From positions 928,001 to 992,000 of the forward strand of contig CAVUDP010000002.1 in NCBI GenBank assembly GCA_963740315.1: a stretch of 64,000 nt of DNA, read 5' to 3'. The translations under genes and the position numbers were made by a program. The DNA comes from an uncultured cyanobacterium (GTDB lineage Bacteria; Cyanobacteriota; Cyanobacteriia; Cyanobacteriales; Nostocaceae). Positions 39,898 to 51,218 of the stretch are shown here, piece by piece. Under the pieces are notes generated by a model. The model was not told the origin of the DNA and did no database searches. It saw only the letters and a list, made by a program, of their open reading frames with translations. Position 1 is the stretch's first letter, and every line of letters starts with the position of its first letter.

Positions 39898-41774
39898 ATG
39901 GATTTGAACCAATTAAACGAATTAATCGCAGAGAAAAACAATCCAATCGCAACAAAAGTTGGCTCTGAACTACTTTCGCTTCACGAAGAATACACATCTT
40001 CAGTAGGTGTATTTTCAACCTCCGAAACCTCCGAAGCGAGCAATTCCATGTTGCGAGTGGATGATGGTTATGTTGTGATTGACTTTGTTGCAAGAGATGA
40101 TGCAGATACTTTGCTGGCTGAGTTGCAAGAATTAGGGTTAAAAGAAGGTTCGGTTTACAGTCGTTACGTTTCGGGAATGTTTCCTATCGCAGCTATTCTT
40201 GAAATTCCCGGCTTAGAAAGTCTCCAGTTTGCTAGAGCAGCAATAGCCACGACTAATGTAGGGCTGGTTACGAGTCAAGCCGATATTTCCATGCGTGCTG
40301 ATATTGCTCGTTCTACTTTTGGTACGGTTTTCCCAACTTCTTTGGTACATCGGCTGCGGCTCCCCATGCGGCTGCGGTTGCGGCTTTAATGCTAGAGGCT
40401 GTTCCCGGCGCAACTCCCGATCAAATCTATGAAGCTCTAGAACAAACAGCCTTGGATATGGACGATCCATCTACCCCTGGCTTTGATGTCGGTTTCGATT
40501 TTGGTAGTGGTTTTGGCTTGATTCAAGCAGATGCAGCGATCGCGAAATTGATAGATTCTCTAAATCCTCCAGTTGATGGAGACAAAAACGGCGGATTTGA
40601 AACTGGATTTACCGCTTGGAAAACCATCGGCGATACCACTATCCAAACAGCGGAATTTGGTGTAGTTCCCACTCAAGGTAAATTCCAAGCTTTGCTAACC
40701 ACAGGTTTTGGCTCTGTCAGCGATACAACTCTAGAAAATTTCTTAGGGTTGAATCCTGGAGATATAGACGGTATCGGCAATGGAGATGCTACCGAAGGTT
40801 CCGCCTTGCATAAAACAATTGCTGTGGAAGCTGGAGATATTCTAAGCTTTGACTTTAACTTCCTAACTAACGAACGAACTCCCACAAACTTCAATGATTT
40901 TGCTTTTGTCTCGATCGCTTCCAATTTATTATCCGAATTAGCCGACACCAACAGTTTCTTTGAGTTATCCCCCACACGATTCTCTGAAGAGACAGACTAC
41001 GATAATTTCACTTTTGAATTCTCCGCAGCTGGCACCTATAGGGTAGGTATCGGTGTCGTAGATTCGGAAGACACTGCTGTTGACTCAGGTTTATTAGTAG
41101 ATGATTTCAAAGTTGTTTCAGCTGCGGAAGCAATTTTAGGAACAGACAATAGTGAGTCTCTTTTTGGTACAGTCGGCGATGATACTATCTTCGGTAAGGG
41201 AGGCAATGACCAAATCTTTGGCAGCGAGGGTATGAATACTCTTTACGGTGGTGCTGGAGATGACACCATGTATGGTGGTTCCCAAGCTGATACTATGTAT
41301 GGTGGCTCTGGTAACGACCTTATTTTCGCTGCTGAAGGTGAAAATATCGTATTTGGCGGTACTGGTAATGACACCATGTATGGTGGTTCCCAAGCTGATA
41401 CTATGTATGGTGGCTTTGGTAACGACCTGATTTTCGCTGTTGAAGGCGACAATATTGTATTCGGTGGTGCTGGTGATGACACTATTTACAGTGGCTCCGG
41501 CAACGATACAATTGATGGTGGCTTTGGCAACGATATTATTTGGCTTGGCGGCGGACACGATATAGTTGTCTTAGCAGCAGGTAAGGGAGTCGATACGATA
41601 AACAACTTCCAGTTAGGTCAAACTACCTTTGATGTAGGTGGTAATACCGATGATATCTCAATTGTTGACGGTGCTAAAGGTGCTGAAATATCTCAGTTTG
41701 GAGAGCTTTTAGCGGTTGTCAGTTGGAAATCAGCTAGCACCTTCATCGATAATATTGATACCGTGTTTGCGTAA
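39898..41774 (+). pseudogene. Internally deleted S8 subtilase / RTX Ca-binding protein; the 40389-41774 part is still open
   Basis: Pro-domain-like ORF is joined out of frame at about 40324 to GFPNFFGTSAAAPHAAAVAALMLE (S8 catalytic Ser motif). No Asp/His motifs remain. GGxGxD RTX repeats at the C-terminus. Confidence 0.75.
41261..41476 (+). repeat. 108-bp internal tandem duplication in the RTX repeats
   Basis: TGACACCATGTATGGTGGTTCCCAAGCTGATACTATGTATGG at 41261 and 41369. Confidence 0.85.
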
Positions 41775-41844
41775 TATTAAACTCGTAATGTTGGGTTACG
41801 GCACGATTAATGTATCTGGTTACAAATCAAATTACCAAACGTGT

Positions 41845-43257
41845 CTAACCCAACCTACCATCTGACTTTACCGGAATCGCGATCGCAAATTCTGTTCTCC
41901 CAACTTCTGAATTAAAAGTTAAACTACCATTGTGTTTATCTACGATAATTTCACGAGCAATTGATAAACCCAATCCCGTTCCTTTTCCTACTGATTTGGT
42001 TGTAAATAAATTTTCAAAGATTCTCTGCTTAACTTCTTCGGGAATTCCTAAACCGTTATCGGCAATTTTAATTATTACATTTTTATTGTCTTCTATTAAA
42101 GTAGTAATTGTAATTTGATTGGGATTTGCTTCAATTTCTTCAAAGGTTTTCCCTACATTCGATTCTTCTAAAGCATCAATAGCGTTGGCTAATAAATTCA
42201 TGAATACCTGATTTAGTTGTCCGCAATAGCACTCAACTAAAGGTAAATCGCCATAGTTTTTGATTACTTGAATTGAGGGTTGTGATTCCGAACTTTTTAA
42301 ACGGTGTTTGAGAATTAAAATAGTACTATCAATTCCTTCATGAATATTGACAGGTATTTTGCGATCGGTATCTGCTCTGGAAAAACTACGCAAACTGGTG
42401 CTAATATTACGAATGCGTTCGGAACCTATTTTTAAAGACTTAAATAGTTTGGGTAAATCATCGCGCAAGTATTCTAAGTCAATTTCTTCGATTTTAAATT
42501 CAATTTCCGACTCTGGATTGGGATAATGTTTTTGGTATAGATCGATAAGTTCAAATAAATTATTTATATACTCTCGCGCCACTTTTAAATTACCCGCAAC
42601 AAACCCAATCGGATTATTAATTTCGTGTGCGATTCCTGCGACTAAGTTACCCAATGCGGACATTTTTTCACTTTGTACTAATTGAAGTTGGTTTTTTTGC
42701 AAAGTTTCTAAAGCTTCAGTTAATTGTATAGATTGCTTTTCAATAACCATCAAATCGCGATAAGAGCGTAAAGCCGCAACGGTTGTAGTAATCAGCTTTT
42801 GTCTGGTAAGTTCAACTTTAAGTTTGTAATCGTTAATATCATAATTAATAATTACCGATTCCTCCGGTGCATCTCCTGGTTGCCCGGTGCGTAATATAAT
42901 TCGGATTCGTTTATTTTTTAATTCGTCACGAATATATTTAACTACTTGCAAACCTGCATCATTACTATCCATCACCACGTCAAGTAGAATTAAAGCGGCA
43001 TCGGGATGAGCGGCAATTAATTCTTTTGCTTCTTGACTAGAATAACCAGAAAAGAAAGTTAAAGCTTTACCATCAAAAGTAAAATTTTTTAAAGCTAATT
43101 GAGTTACTTGGTGTACAGTGGGTTCATCATCTACAATTATGATTTTCCAAGCTTCTATTTTGGGTGTATTTATCGCAGTATTATCGTTTTCTTCTGACTC
43201 AAATATTAAAATATCATCGTCTGTTTCCGAAAAATTAAGATTAGTATTGACTGTCAT
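41845..43257 (-). CDS. Response regulator / histidine kinase hybrid
   Basis: IVDDE, LLDVVM and RTGQPG receiver motifs; AHEINNP H-box; GKGTGLGL. Confidence 0.92.
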   Translation of the reverse strand: MTVNTNLNFSETDDDILIFESEENDNTAINTPKIEAWKIIIVDDEPTVHQVTQLALKNFTFDGKALTFFSGYSSQEAKELIAAHPDAALILLDVVMDSNDAGLQVVKYIRDELKNKRIRIILRTGQPGDAPEESVIINYDINDYKLKVELTRQKLITTTVAALRSYRDLMVIEKQSIQLTEALETLQKNQLQLVQSEKMSALGNLVAGIAHEINNPIGFVAGNLKVAREYINNLFELIDLYQKHYPNPESEIEFKIEEIDLEYLRDDLPKLFKSLKIGSERIRNISTSLRSFSRADTDRKIPVNIHEGIDSTILILKHRLKSSESQPSIQVIKNYGDLPLVECYCGQLNQVFMNLLANAIDALEESNVGKTFEEIEANPNQITITTLIEDNKNVIIKIADNGLGIPEEVKQRIFENLFTTKSVGKGTGLGLSIAREIIVDKHNGSLTFNSEVGRTEFAIAIPVKSDGRLG

Positions 43258-43284
43258 CTATTTAGAATCCTGATTTAAAATAAC

Positions 43285-43665
43285 TTAGAATTATCATTAT
43301 CATAAGTTCGTAGTAAGGACTTTAGTCCTTTGATTGAAGGTTAAAACCCTTACTACAAACCTTTCTTAACCGCTCCAACTTAAGATTAGAATTATCATTA
43401 TCATAAGTTCGTAGTAAAGACTTTAGTCCTTTGATTGAGGGTTAAAACCCTTACTACAAACCTTTCTTAACCGCTCCAACTTAAGATTAGAATTATTATT
43501 ATCATAAGTTCGTAGTAAAGACTTTAGTCCTTTAAGGGTTAAAACCCTTACTACAAACCTTTCTTAACCGCTCCAACTTAAGATTAGAATTATTATTATC
43601 ATAAGTTCGTAGTAAAGACTTTAGTCCTTTAAGGGTTAAAACCCTTACTACAAACCTTTCTTAAC
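43285..43665. repeat. Four tandem ~100-bp repeats, each containing a GTAG-type REP palindrome
   Basis: Units start at 43285, 43386, 43487 and 43584 (periods 101, 101, 97). Confidence 0.95.
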
Positions 43666-43667
43666 GG

Positions 43668-46600
43668 TTAATCCAAACATTTCTTAGGTAATGCGATTAT
43701 AAATATTGTTCCCAAATTAACCTGACTTTTAACATCAATTCTGCCTTGAAGTTTTTGAGTAACTAGGTTATAGACAATATGCAAACCCAATCCGGTACCA
43801 CCTTGGTTTCTAGCGGTGGTAAAGAAAGGTTCAAAAACTTTTCTTAGATTTTCTGAGGGAATTCCGCAACCATCATCGCTATATTCGATGGTAACTGTAT
43901 CTTCTTGCTGGGTAATTTGAAAATGTAGTTGTCCTTTTTCTCCCGGTTGATAAGCGTGATTCAGAGAATTCATCATTAAATTTGTGACAATTTGGGCGAC
44001 AGCACCGGGATAAGTATCTATTTTGATGTTAGTCTCACCTTCTATCGTTAAAGTGAGAGCGGTATTTTTGAATTTCGGTGCGAGACTATTTAAAATTTCT
44101 TCGATATATGGTTTGATGGCAAATTCGCGTTTTTCTAAATGGGAAGAATCAACTGCTACTTGTTTGAAACTTTTAATCAAATCGGAAGCGCGGTTAAGAT
44201 TATTTAAAATTAAGTCAGTGCTGAGTGTCGCGACTTCAAGATAATTGTTTAAAGATGAACGTTTTAATTTTCCTGACACCACAGCATTATTAAAGGTAGT
44301 GGTTTCATCTTTTAAAGTGGAAGCGGCAGTGATGCTGGTACCCACTGGAGTATTGATTTCGTGAGCAACTCCCGCCACAAGACTACCTAAAGCAGCCATT
44401 TTCTCGGATTCGATAAGTTGTTTTTGAGTAGCTTTTAAATTTTCTAAAGCTTGAGAAAGCTGTTGCGTGCGCTGTGCAACTTTTTGTTCGAGGGTGTTGT
44501 AAAGTGTGGCATTTTTGATCGAAATAGCTGCTTGAGAGCAAATAAGTTTGAGTAATTTTAAACGTTGTTTGGGGAAAGCTGCGGTGGTAAGATTATTTTC
44601 TAGATAAAGAATAGCGATTAATTGACCTTGATGCTTTAAAGGAATGCATAAAACAGATTTAGGTTTTTGCTCGATCAAATAGGAATCACGAGCAAATTCA
44701 GCTTGAGTATTGGCTTCATCGAGTAAAACATCACTATGGGTTCTAGTAACGTAATTTATCACTGAAATTGGTAAATTATTGAAAGCTGTTATCGGAATCC
44801 CATGTTTGACTTCCACTTCTCCATCATTATTGATTCGGGCTTCAATAACTAATTGTTGCTCGCCGACAAAAACCAAACAACCCGTTTGCGCTCCTGCATT
44901 TGCGATCGCAATTTTCATCAATCTGTCAATTAATTGGGTTAAGACGATTTCGTTTGAAACAGTTTGAGAGACTTTGAACACAGTTTCGATATCTAACGAT
45001 TCTCCCAAATCACTAGTTGTAAAATGTTGAATCGCAGTTATTTGAGAGTTTGTAATTAAATTATTTGAGGAGTTTACAAATCTAGGATTTAACCAGAAAG
45101 AATATTGATTTTCTAAATCTGCTACTTTATGTTTCGCACCCCAAGCTTGATAGTAATTGTAGGCTTTTTGAAGATAAAATTGGGCGAAATCTTCTTTATT
45201 CATCCCCAACCAAAACTTTGCCGCTAATTCATTGGCTAAAGCTTCATTTTGAATAAATCCATAAGTATTTGCAGAAGCAATAGCTATGTCGTATAGCTCC
45301 ATTGCTTCTAATTTATTACCGGAAATTCGCGCTATTTCCGCTTCTATAATTAAATATTTGTGTAAAAAATTAGCTTCGCAATTATCCGCCCAAATCTTCA
45401 TTTGCTTTTGATTGCGTTCTAATTTATGCCAATATTGTTTTTGTTCGGCAAAAGTTGCAGCGGGATATAATGCAGTTAGAATTAAAGATTGATAGAAGTT
45501 TTGATCGGCAATCGTAATAATACCAGCAACGTATTCTAATAATTTTTCTGCTTCAATAACCGCTTCCAAAGCTTCAACTGGTTCATTATACAGATACAGT
45601 ATGAAAGACTTGAAAGTATAGTAATAAAACAAAGGCATATAGCTTTTTTGTTCCCAGCAGCTTTGCAGATATTCTGCTTCGCTTAAATCGGGGCTATCAA
45701 AATTAACTAATTCTTCTGTTTCTCCATTTAAGTTAGTTAAACATAGTTTTGCAGCCCAAATTGTATCCAGTGCAAATTGATTTGTATTTTTCTTGACAAA
45801 TATTAAACTATTATTAGCTTCAGAAAGCAATTCATCAATACTTACACCTTGATGCAAAATATTAAATAGCTGACAAGCTAATGTAGAACCAGAAAATTGT
45901 ATATCACCAGATTCGATACCTGCTTGAAATCCGATCTTAGCAATATCATTCGTGAATTTAATGTGTTTTACCCAAGCCAGTTGGAAAGTTACATAAAGAA
46001 AACACGCTTTACATTTTTGAGATTGATTGCGATATTTTTCACTGATATCTAATGCTAATTTACCAAATTCATACCCTTTTTGATATTCTCCCCAAATTGA
46101 ACCTAATAATACTCCATAATTACTATAAGCTGGGATTGACTCTGCTAAATTACCGTATTCTAAACATAGATTGAGTGCTTTAATAACAACTAGGGTATAA
46201 AGTTTTTGATCTGTTAAATAGCAAGCAGGATATATGTTTGTAAATAAATTAAGCGCGATAATTTTATCGGCTATTATCATCTCTGGTTGATTTATTAATG
46301 AAGCTACTTCTTTCCCTTTAAGTAGTTTATTCGCTTTGACAAATTCGATTTCTAAACTTTCATCTAAGTTCTTTTTGCTCAAATCAATTTCGAGATATTG
46401 CAACCCATTTTTACTTGCTTTTATAGCTTCGTTAAACTTACCTAGACTTGTATGCACAATAGCCAAAAAATTGTGAATATCTGCCTTTTCTTCAGGTGTC
46501 TTTGCTTTTTCGAGAATTAAATCAATGGCATATTGCGAGCCTTCAAAATTACCGTTTAAATATTCAATTTTAGCCAGTAGTTTATATATTTCTAAAGTAA

Positions 46601-48971
46601 GTTCGTAAAATCTCAACCAACTGTTAGCAGGTAATTCCTCCATACTAATCGTTAAATAATTTCTAGCTGCGTTATATGCGATCGCATCCTTAGCTTTTTT
46701 CGCCGCAGTTAAATTTAGTTTGACTAAAATAAATTTTTCTTTATCATCTACAATTAATTCTCTACCCAAATTCAAATGATCTACCAATTCAAAAATACGT
46801 TCGGTTTGCTCTTTTTGGGAAAAATTAGAATATAGCAACCAGCCAATTTGTAAATGAACCGCCTTTTTTTCATCTTCTGCAATTAAAGTATAAGCTGCTT
46901 GTTGAACTCGATCGTGTAAAAATTTAAAATTATAAATAACAAGTTGCACCTTATGCATTTCTCCATCAACATCCAATCCAGAAGTTGGTAAGATAAAACG
47001 AGATTGAATGGCGATCGCTAAATTTTGGAAAACTTCATTTTGCTTCATTTCACTGACAATTGCCAAAGTATTTAAAGTGAAACGATTGCCGATACAAGCT
47101 GCTAATTGTAATAATTGCTGTGTAGATTTAGGCAGTTTGATTAATTTAGATATCATCAAATCTACAACATTATCGGTGATATCCATCGCTTCGATTTGAA
47201 GTTGTCTCCATTCCCATCTCGGTTTTTGTTCTTCTTGAGAAGCTTGAAAATAAATCAATTTTTCGGAATGTAAATTATAAATAAATTGATTGACAAAGAA
47301 AGGATTACCACCAGTTTTATCAGCAACTAATTTCGCTAAAGGTTTCACATCATCGATATTTCTATGTAAAGTATCGGCAATTAGATTAGTAATATTATAA
47401 GAGGCAAGAGGAGTCAAATTAATTTGTGCGATCGCAGCATCCTGACGCAGTTTTTCTAATAAAATAATAAAAGGATGATTAGCATCAACTTCATTATCTC
47501 GATAAGCACCAATTAATAATAGATGATGCATTTGAACGTCCGTCATCATCAATTCAATTAATTGTAGACTTGCCAAATCTGCCCACTGTAAATCATCCAG
47601 AAATAAAACTAATGGATGTTGCTCTTGACAAAAAACACGAATAAAGCTGCTAAAAACAGAATTAAACCGATTTTGAGCTTCACTTCCTCCTAATTCTTCT
47701 ACAGGAGGTTGCTTACCAATAATTAATTCTACTTCCGGAATTACATCGATAATAATCTGAGCATTTGGTTCAATAGCGGATAGCAATTTTTGATTCCACT
47801 GTTGGAGCTGTAATTCGCTTTCACTTAAAAGCTGTTTTACCAATCCGTTCAAAGCTTTGACTACAGCAGAATAAGGAATATTTCGTTGAAACTGGTCGAA
47901 TTTACCCGAAACAAAATAACCCCGTTGACGAGTAATTGGTTGATAAATTTCTTTTACCAAAGCAGATTTTCCAATACCCGAATAACCCGTAACTAAAATC
48001 ATCTCTGTTTTGCTAGCTGCGGCTACAACTCGCTCAAATGCAGCTAATAAACTAGCGGTTTCCTGTTCTCTTCCATAAAGTTTTTCGGGAATATGAAACT
48101 TATTAGAAATATCTTCTTTACCTAAATCAAAATCAATTATGTAGCCATTATTTTTTAATTGCTGCAAACAAGTTTCTAAATCTTTCTTAATACCCCAAAT
48201 ACTTTGATAGCGTTCCTCAGCCGTTTTCGCCATCAACTTTACGATAATAGCTGAAACCATCCGAGGAACTTTAGAATTAATTTCGCGAGCAGAAACAGGT
48301 TGTTTAGCCAGATGACAATGAATTAATTCCATTGCATCATTAGCAGCAAAAGGTAACTGATGGGTAAATAATTCATATAAAGTTATCCCCAAAGAGTAAA
48401 AATCAGTACGGTAATCGAGGGAACGATTCATCCTTCCAGTTTGTTCGGGAGAAATATATGCTAAAGTTCCCTCTAAAGCATTCGGACTAGATAAACCAGT
48501 ATGTTCGCTTCCCAGTTTTGTAGAAATACCAAAATCAATGATTTTCAACTGCTTAGTAACGGGATTAAAAACGATATTACTAGGATTAATATCCTTATGA
48601 ATAACTTGCGCTGCATGAATTTGAGCCAAACTATCAGTAATTTGACAAGCAATTTCCAAACATTCCACCAAACTAAATTCTTTTTGAGAAATTAAATTCC
48701 TCAGCGACTCTCCTCCAAAATCCTCTAAAACGATCGCCACTGAATTTTTATGTTGTAAATCGTAAGCTTTGACAATTCCTCCATCGTCAAGATTGTGAGT
48801 GATTTCATACTCCTGCTTATAGCGAGTCAACTGTAGGGGATTCAAACAATCTTGCTTAAGAATCTTGAGAATAACTGGTTGATTGTCTTCTTTTCTAATT
48901 CCGCGATAAACCGTAGAATTACTGCTTTCATAAATTTTTTCTAAAATCTCATAACCAGTAATAATAACCAT
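43668..48971 (-). CDS. Trifunctional Ser/Thr kinase - AAA ATPase - GAF - histidine kinase
   Basis: HKDINPSN, DFG, SPE kinase motifs; GYSGIGKS Walker A; LDDLQWAD; GAF (YLEN); AHEINTP H-box. Confidence 0.95.
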   Translation of the reverse strand: MVIITGYEILEKIYESSNSTVYRGIRKEDNQPVILKILKQDCLNPLQLTRYKQEYEITHNLDDGGIVKAYDLQHKNSVAIVLEDFGGESLRNLISQKEFSLVECLEIACQITDSLAQIHAAQVIHKDINPSNIVFNPVTKQLKIIDFGISTKLGSEHTGLSSPNALEGTLAYISPEQTGRMNRSLDYRTDFYSLGITLYELFTHQLPFAANDAMELIHCHLAKQPVSAREINSKVPRMVSAIIVKLMAKTAEERYQSIWGIKKDLETCLQQLKNNGYIIDFDLGKEDISNKFHIPEKLYGREQETASLLAAFERVVAAASKTEMILVTGYSGIGKSALVKEIYQPITRQRGYFVSGKFDQFQRNIPYSAVVKALNGLVKQLLSESELQLQQWNQKLLSAIEPNAQIIIDVIPEVELIIGKQPPVEELGGSEAQNRFNSVFSSFIRVFCQEQHPLVLFLDDLQWADLASLQLIELMMTDVQMHHLLLIGAYRDNEVDANHPFIILLEKLRQDAAIAQINLTPLASYNITNLIADTLHRNIDDVKPLAKLVADKTGGNPFFVNQFIYNLHSEKLIYFQASQEEQKPRWEWRQLQIEAMDITDNVVDLMISKLIKLPKSTQQLLQLAACIGNRFTLNTLAIVSEMKQNEVFQNLAIAIQSRFILPTSGLDVDGEMHKVQLVIYNFKFLHDRVQQAAYTLIAEDEKKAVHLQIGWLLYSNFSQKEQTERIFELVDHLNLGRELIVDDKEKFILVKLNLTAAKKAKDAIAYNAARNYLTISMEELPANSWLRFYELTLEIYKLLAKIEYLNGNFEGSQYAIDLILEKAKTPEEKADIHNFLAIVHTSLGKFNEAIKASKNGLQYLEIDLSKKNLDESLEIEFVKANKLLKGKEVASLINQPEMIIADKIIALNLFTNIYPACYLTDQKLYTLVVIKALNLCLEYGNLAESIPAYSNYGVLLGSIWGEYQKGYEFGKLALDISEKYRNQSQKCKACFLYVTFQLAWVKHIKFTNDIAKIGFQAGIESGDIQFSGSTLACQLFNILHQGVSIDELLSEANNSLIFVKKNTNQFALDTIWAAKLCLTNLNGETEELVNFDSPDLSEAEYLQSCWEQKSYMPLFYYYTFKSFILYLYNEPVEALEAVIEAEKLLEYVAGIITIADQNFYQSLILTALYPAATFAEQKQYWHKLERNQKQMKIWADNCEANFLHKYLIIEAEIARISGNKLEAMELYDIAIASANTYGFIQNEALANELAAKFWLGMNKEDFAQFYLQKAYNYYQAWGAKHKVADLENQYSFWLNPRFVNSSNNLITNSQITAIQHFTTSDLGESLDIETVFKVSQTVSNEIVLTQLIDRLMKIAIANAGAQTGCLVFVGEQQLVIEARINNDGEVEVKHGIPITAFNNLPISVINYVTRTHSDVLLDEANTQAEFARDSYLIEQKPKSVLCIPLKHQGQLIAILYLENNLTTAAFPKQRLKLLKLICSQAAISIKNATLYNTLEQKVAQRTQQLSQALENLKATQKQLIESEKMAALGSLVAGVAHEINTPVGTSITAASTLKDETTTFNNAVVSGKLKRSSLNNYLEVATLSTDLILNNLNRASDLIKSFKQVAVDSSHLEKREFAIKPYIEEILNSLAPKFKNTALTLTIEGETNIKIDTYPGAVAQIVTNLMMNSLNHAYQPGEKGQLHFQITQQEDTVTIEYSDDGCGIPSENLRKVFEPFFTTARNQGGTGLGLHIVYNLVTQKLQGRIDVKSQVNLGTIFIIALPKKCLD

Positions 48972-49044
48972 TGTTATATGCTCATTTTATAAAGTTCTTA
49001 AATTAGAGTTCCCCGTTATTTGATTTTTCTATCACCGAAGGTGA

Positions 49045-49288
49045 AGGGGGAGATGGGGAGATGGGGAGAAGGGGAGAGGGGGAGATGGGGAGATGGGGAG
49101 ATGGGGAGATGGGGAGAGGGGGAGACAAGGGGAAATTTAAACTCTTAACTCTTAACTCCTCACTCTTAACTCTTAACTCCTAACTCCTCCCTACTCCCTA
49201 CTCCCTACTCCCCACTCCCTACTCCCCACTCTTCACTGCTCACTGCTCACTGCTCACTGCTCACTGCTCACTGCTCACTGCTCACTGA
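49045..49288. repeat. Compound STRR heptamer block (GGGGAGA, TAACTCT/TAACTCC, CCCTACT, CACTGCT)
   Basis: Direct inspection. Similar blocks at about 5851-5920, 31290-31430, 37320-37440, 50510-50770, 53680-53960, 57285-57362 and 63415-63640. Confidence 0.9.
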
Positions 49289-49290
49289 TT

Positions 49291-50496
49291 ATGCGTTTAA
49301 TATCGTTGCTCGGAATCTTTGCATTTGTGGCAATTTCTTATGGTTTATCTGTCAACCGTCGCGCTATCCGTTGGGTGCCGGTGCTGTGGGGGATTGGTTT
49401 ACAGTTGATTTTCGGGATATTGATTCTGAGAACAAAACCCGGTTTCGTAGTATTCAAATTTCTGGGAGATGTAGTAAGTCAATTTCTCAACTATTCCGAT
49501 GCGGGAGCAAAATTTGTGTTTGGTGACAACTTTGAAGAACACTACATTGCTTTCAAAGTACTGCCGACAATCATCTTTTTCTCTTCCTTCATCACCATTT
49601 TGTACCACTACGGCATCTTGCAAAGAATAGTCCAAATCGTTGCAGTAGTGATGATGAAAACCATGAAAACATCGGGTTCCGAATCCCTTAGTGCTGCGGC
49701 GAATATCTTTGTCGGACAATCTGAAGCACCGTTATTAATCAAACCCTATGTAGCAACCATGACTCGTTCCGAACTACACGCCATTATGACGGGAGGATTC
49801 GCCACCATTGCGGGTGGAGTCATGGCTGCATATATTTCCTTTGGGGTGTCAGCAGAACATTTAATCGCCGCTTCCGTAATGTCTGCACCCGCAGCATTAG
49901 CTATTTCTAAAGTGCTTTACCCCGAAACCGAGTCATCTCCTACCGCCGGTGAAGTGAAAATCGAAATAGAAAGCGCTTACTCTAACGCGATCGACGCAGC
50001 CGCAACTGGTGCCAGTGAAGGGATGAAATTAGCTTTAAACGTCGCTGCGATGTTGATTGCTTTTTTGGGATTATTGGCGTTAGTAAACGGTATCTTAGGC
50101 TTTATTGGTTCGGGAATTGGATTACCACAGCTTTCATTAGAGTGGATATTTTCTTACCTGCTCGCCCCCGTAGCGTGGTTGATGGGCGTACCTTGGGCAG
50201 ATTGTGGACAAGTAGGGATATTATTGGGAAAAAAGACGATTTTAAACGAATTTATTGCTTATCAAGACCTGCAAAAAATGGTAGCAGACTCTGCAATTTC
50301 CGAAAGAGCGAGAATAATTGCTACCTACGCCCTATGTGGATTTTCTAATATTGGCTCGATCGGCATTCAAATCGGTGGAATTGGCGCGATCGCTCCGAAT
50401 CGTCAAGCTGATTTAGCACAAATGGGAATTAGAGCAATGGTTGGTGGTGCGATCGCTTGTTTTATGACAGCTTGTATTGCGGGGATGTTGTTGTAA
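49291..50496 (+). CDS. NupC/CNT family concentrative nucleoside transporter
   Basis: NIFVGQSEAP, GFATIAG, NEFIAY and CGFSN motifs. Confidence 0.93.
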   Translation: MRLISLLGIFAFVAISYGLSVNRRAIRWVPVLWGIGLQLIFGILILRTKPGFVVFKFLGDVVSQFLNYSDAGAKFVFGDNFEEHYIAFKVLPTIIFFSSFITILYHYGILQRIVQIVAVVMMKTMKTSGSESLSAAANIFVGQSEAPLLIKPYVATMTRSELHAIMTGGFATIAGGVMAAYISFGVSAEHLIAASVMSAPAALAISKVLYPETESSPTAGEVKIEIESAYSNAIDAAATGASEGMKLALNVAAMLIAFLGLLALVNGILGFIGSGIGLPQLSLEWIFSYLLAPVAWLMGVPWADCGQVGILLGKKTILNEFIAYQDLQKMVADSAISERARIIATYALCGFSNIGSIGIQIGGIGAIAPNRQADLAQMGIRAMVGGAIACFMTACIAGMLL

Positions 50497-50762
50497 CTGG
50501 TGAATTGAGCATTGGGCATGGGTAATTGGGCATTGGGGCATTGGGAAATAAATAGTTTTAAATTCCTTACTCACAATCCAAAATCCAAAATCCAAAATCC
50601 AAAACAAAAGCATCCGTTGTTAAAATCTTATAACTCCTAAAGGTTACTGAGCAGTTCGACGTAGCTCACTGTAAGACTTGTCGAAGTACTCCTAACTCCT
50701 CACTGTTCACTGTTCACTGTTCACTGCTCACTGTTTACTGCTCACTGCTCACTGCTCACTGT

Positions 50763-51218
50763 TTACTGTTCAATCTTCGTATATCCCAACTTCCAATTTT
50801 CTGGTTGCTTCAACTCTTCTTCTTTACCTTGCAAAATCAACTTGAGAGCAAAGCGAGTATTTAGCATTCCCTTCATTAAATAATGTCCGGGTTTAGCATA
50901 CACGCCATCAGTTGCAGCAGTACCACCGTAAGCAAGGATACCGCAGTAAGTCTTACTACCCGGTATTTCTATCTTTAACATTCTATCGTTGAGATAACCG
51001 CCTGGAATTTGAAATATACTATATACATGATGCTGTCCTTTCCAGGGTTCTACTACTATTTTTTCAGGATGAGTGTAGTATTTTTCAGCTTTGGAAGAAA
51101 ATCCCCAGTGACTGCAAGCTATAGCTGGCGATTTTTTGGAAACGTAGGAAAAACCCAGTACACAGATTAGGCTAGACAAAAACAGTATATAAGTAAATTT
51201 ACGCAAGATTTCTAACAA
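50763..51218 (-). CDS. Hypothetical exported or membrane-anchored protein
   Basis: 151-aa ORF with a hydrophobic N-terminal segment; TTG start uncertain. Confidence 0.65.
   Translation of the reverse strand: MLEILRKFTYILFLSSLICVLGFSYVSKKSPAIACSHWGFSSKAEKYYTHPEKIVVEPWKGQHHVYSIFQIPGGYLNDRMLKIEIPGSKTYCGILAYGGTAATDGVYAKPGHYLMKGMLNTRFALKLILQGKEEELKQPENWKLGYTKIEQ

Noticed and set aside
43285..43665. Possible CRISPR array
   Set aside because: Whole units are near-identical with no unique spacers, and there are no cas genes in the window.
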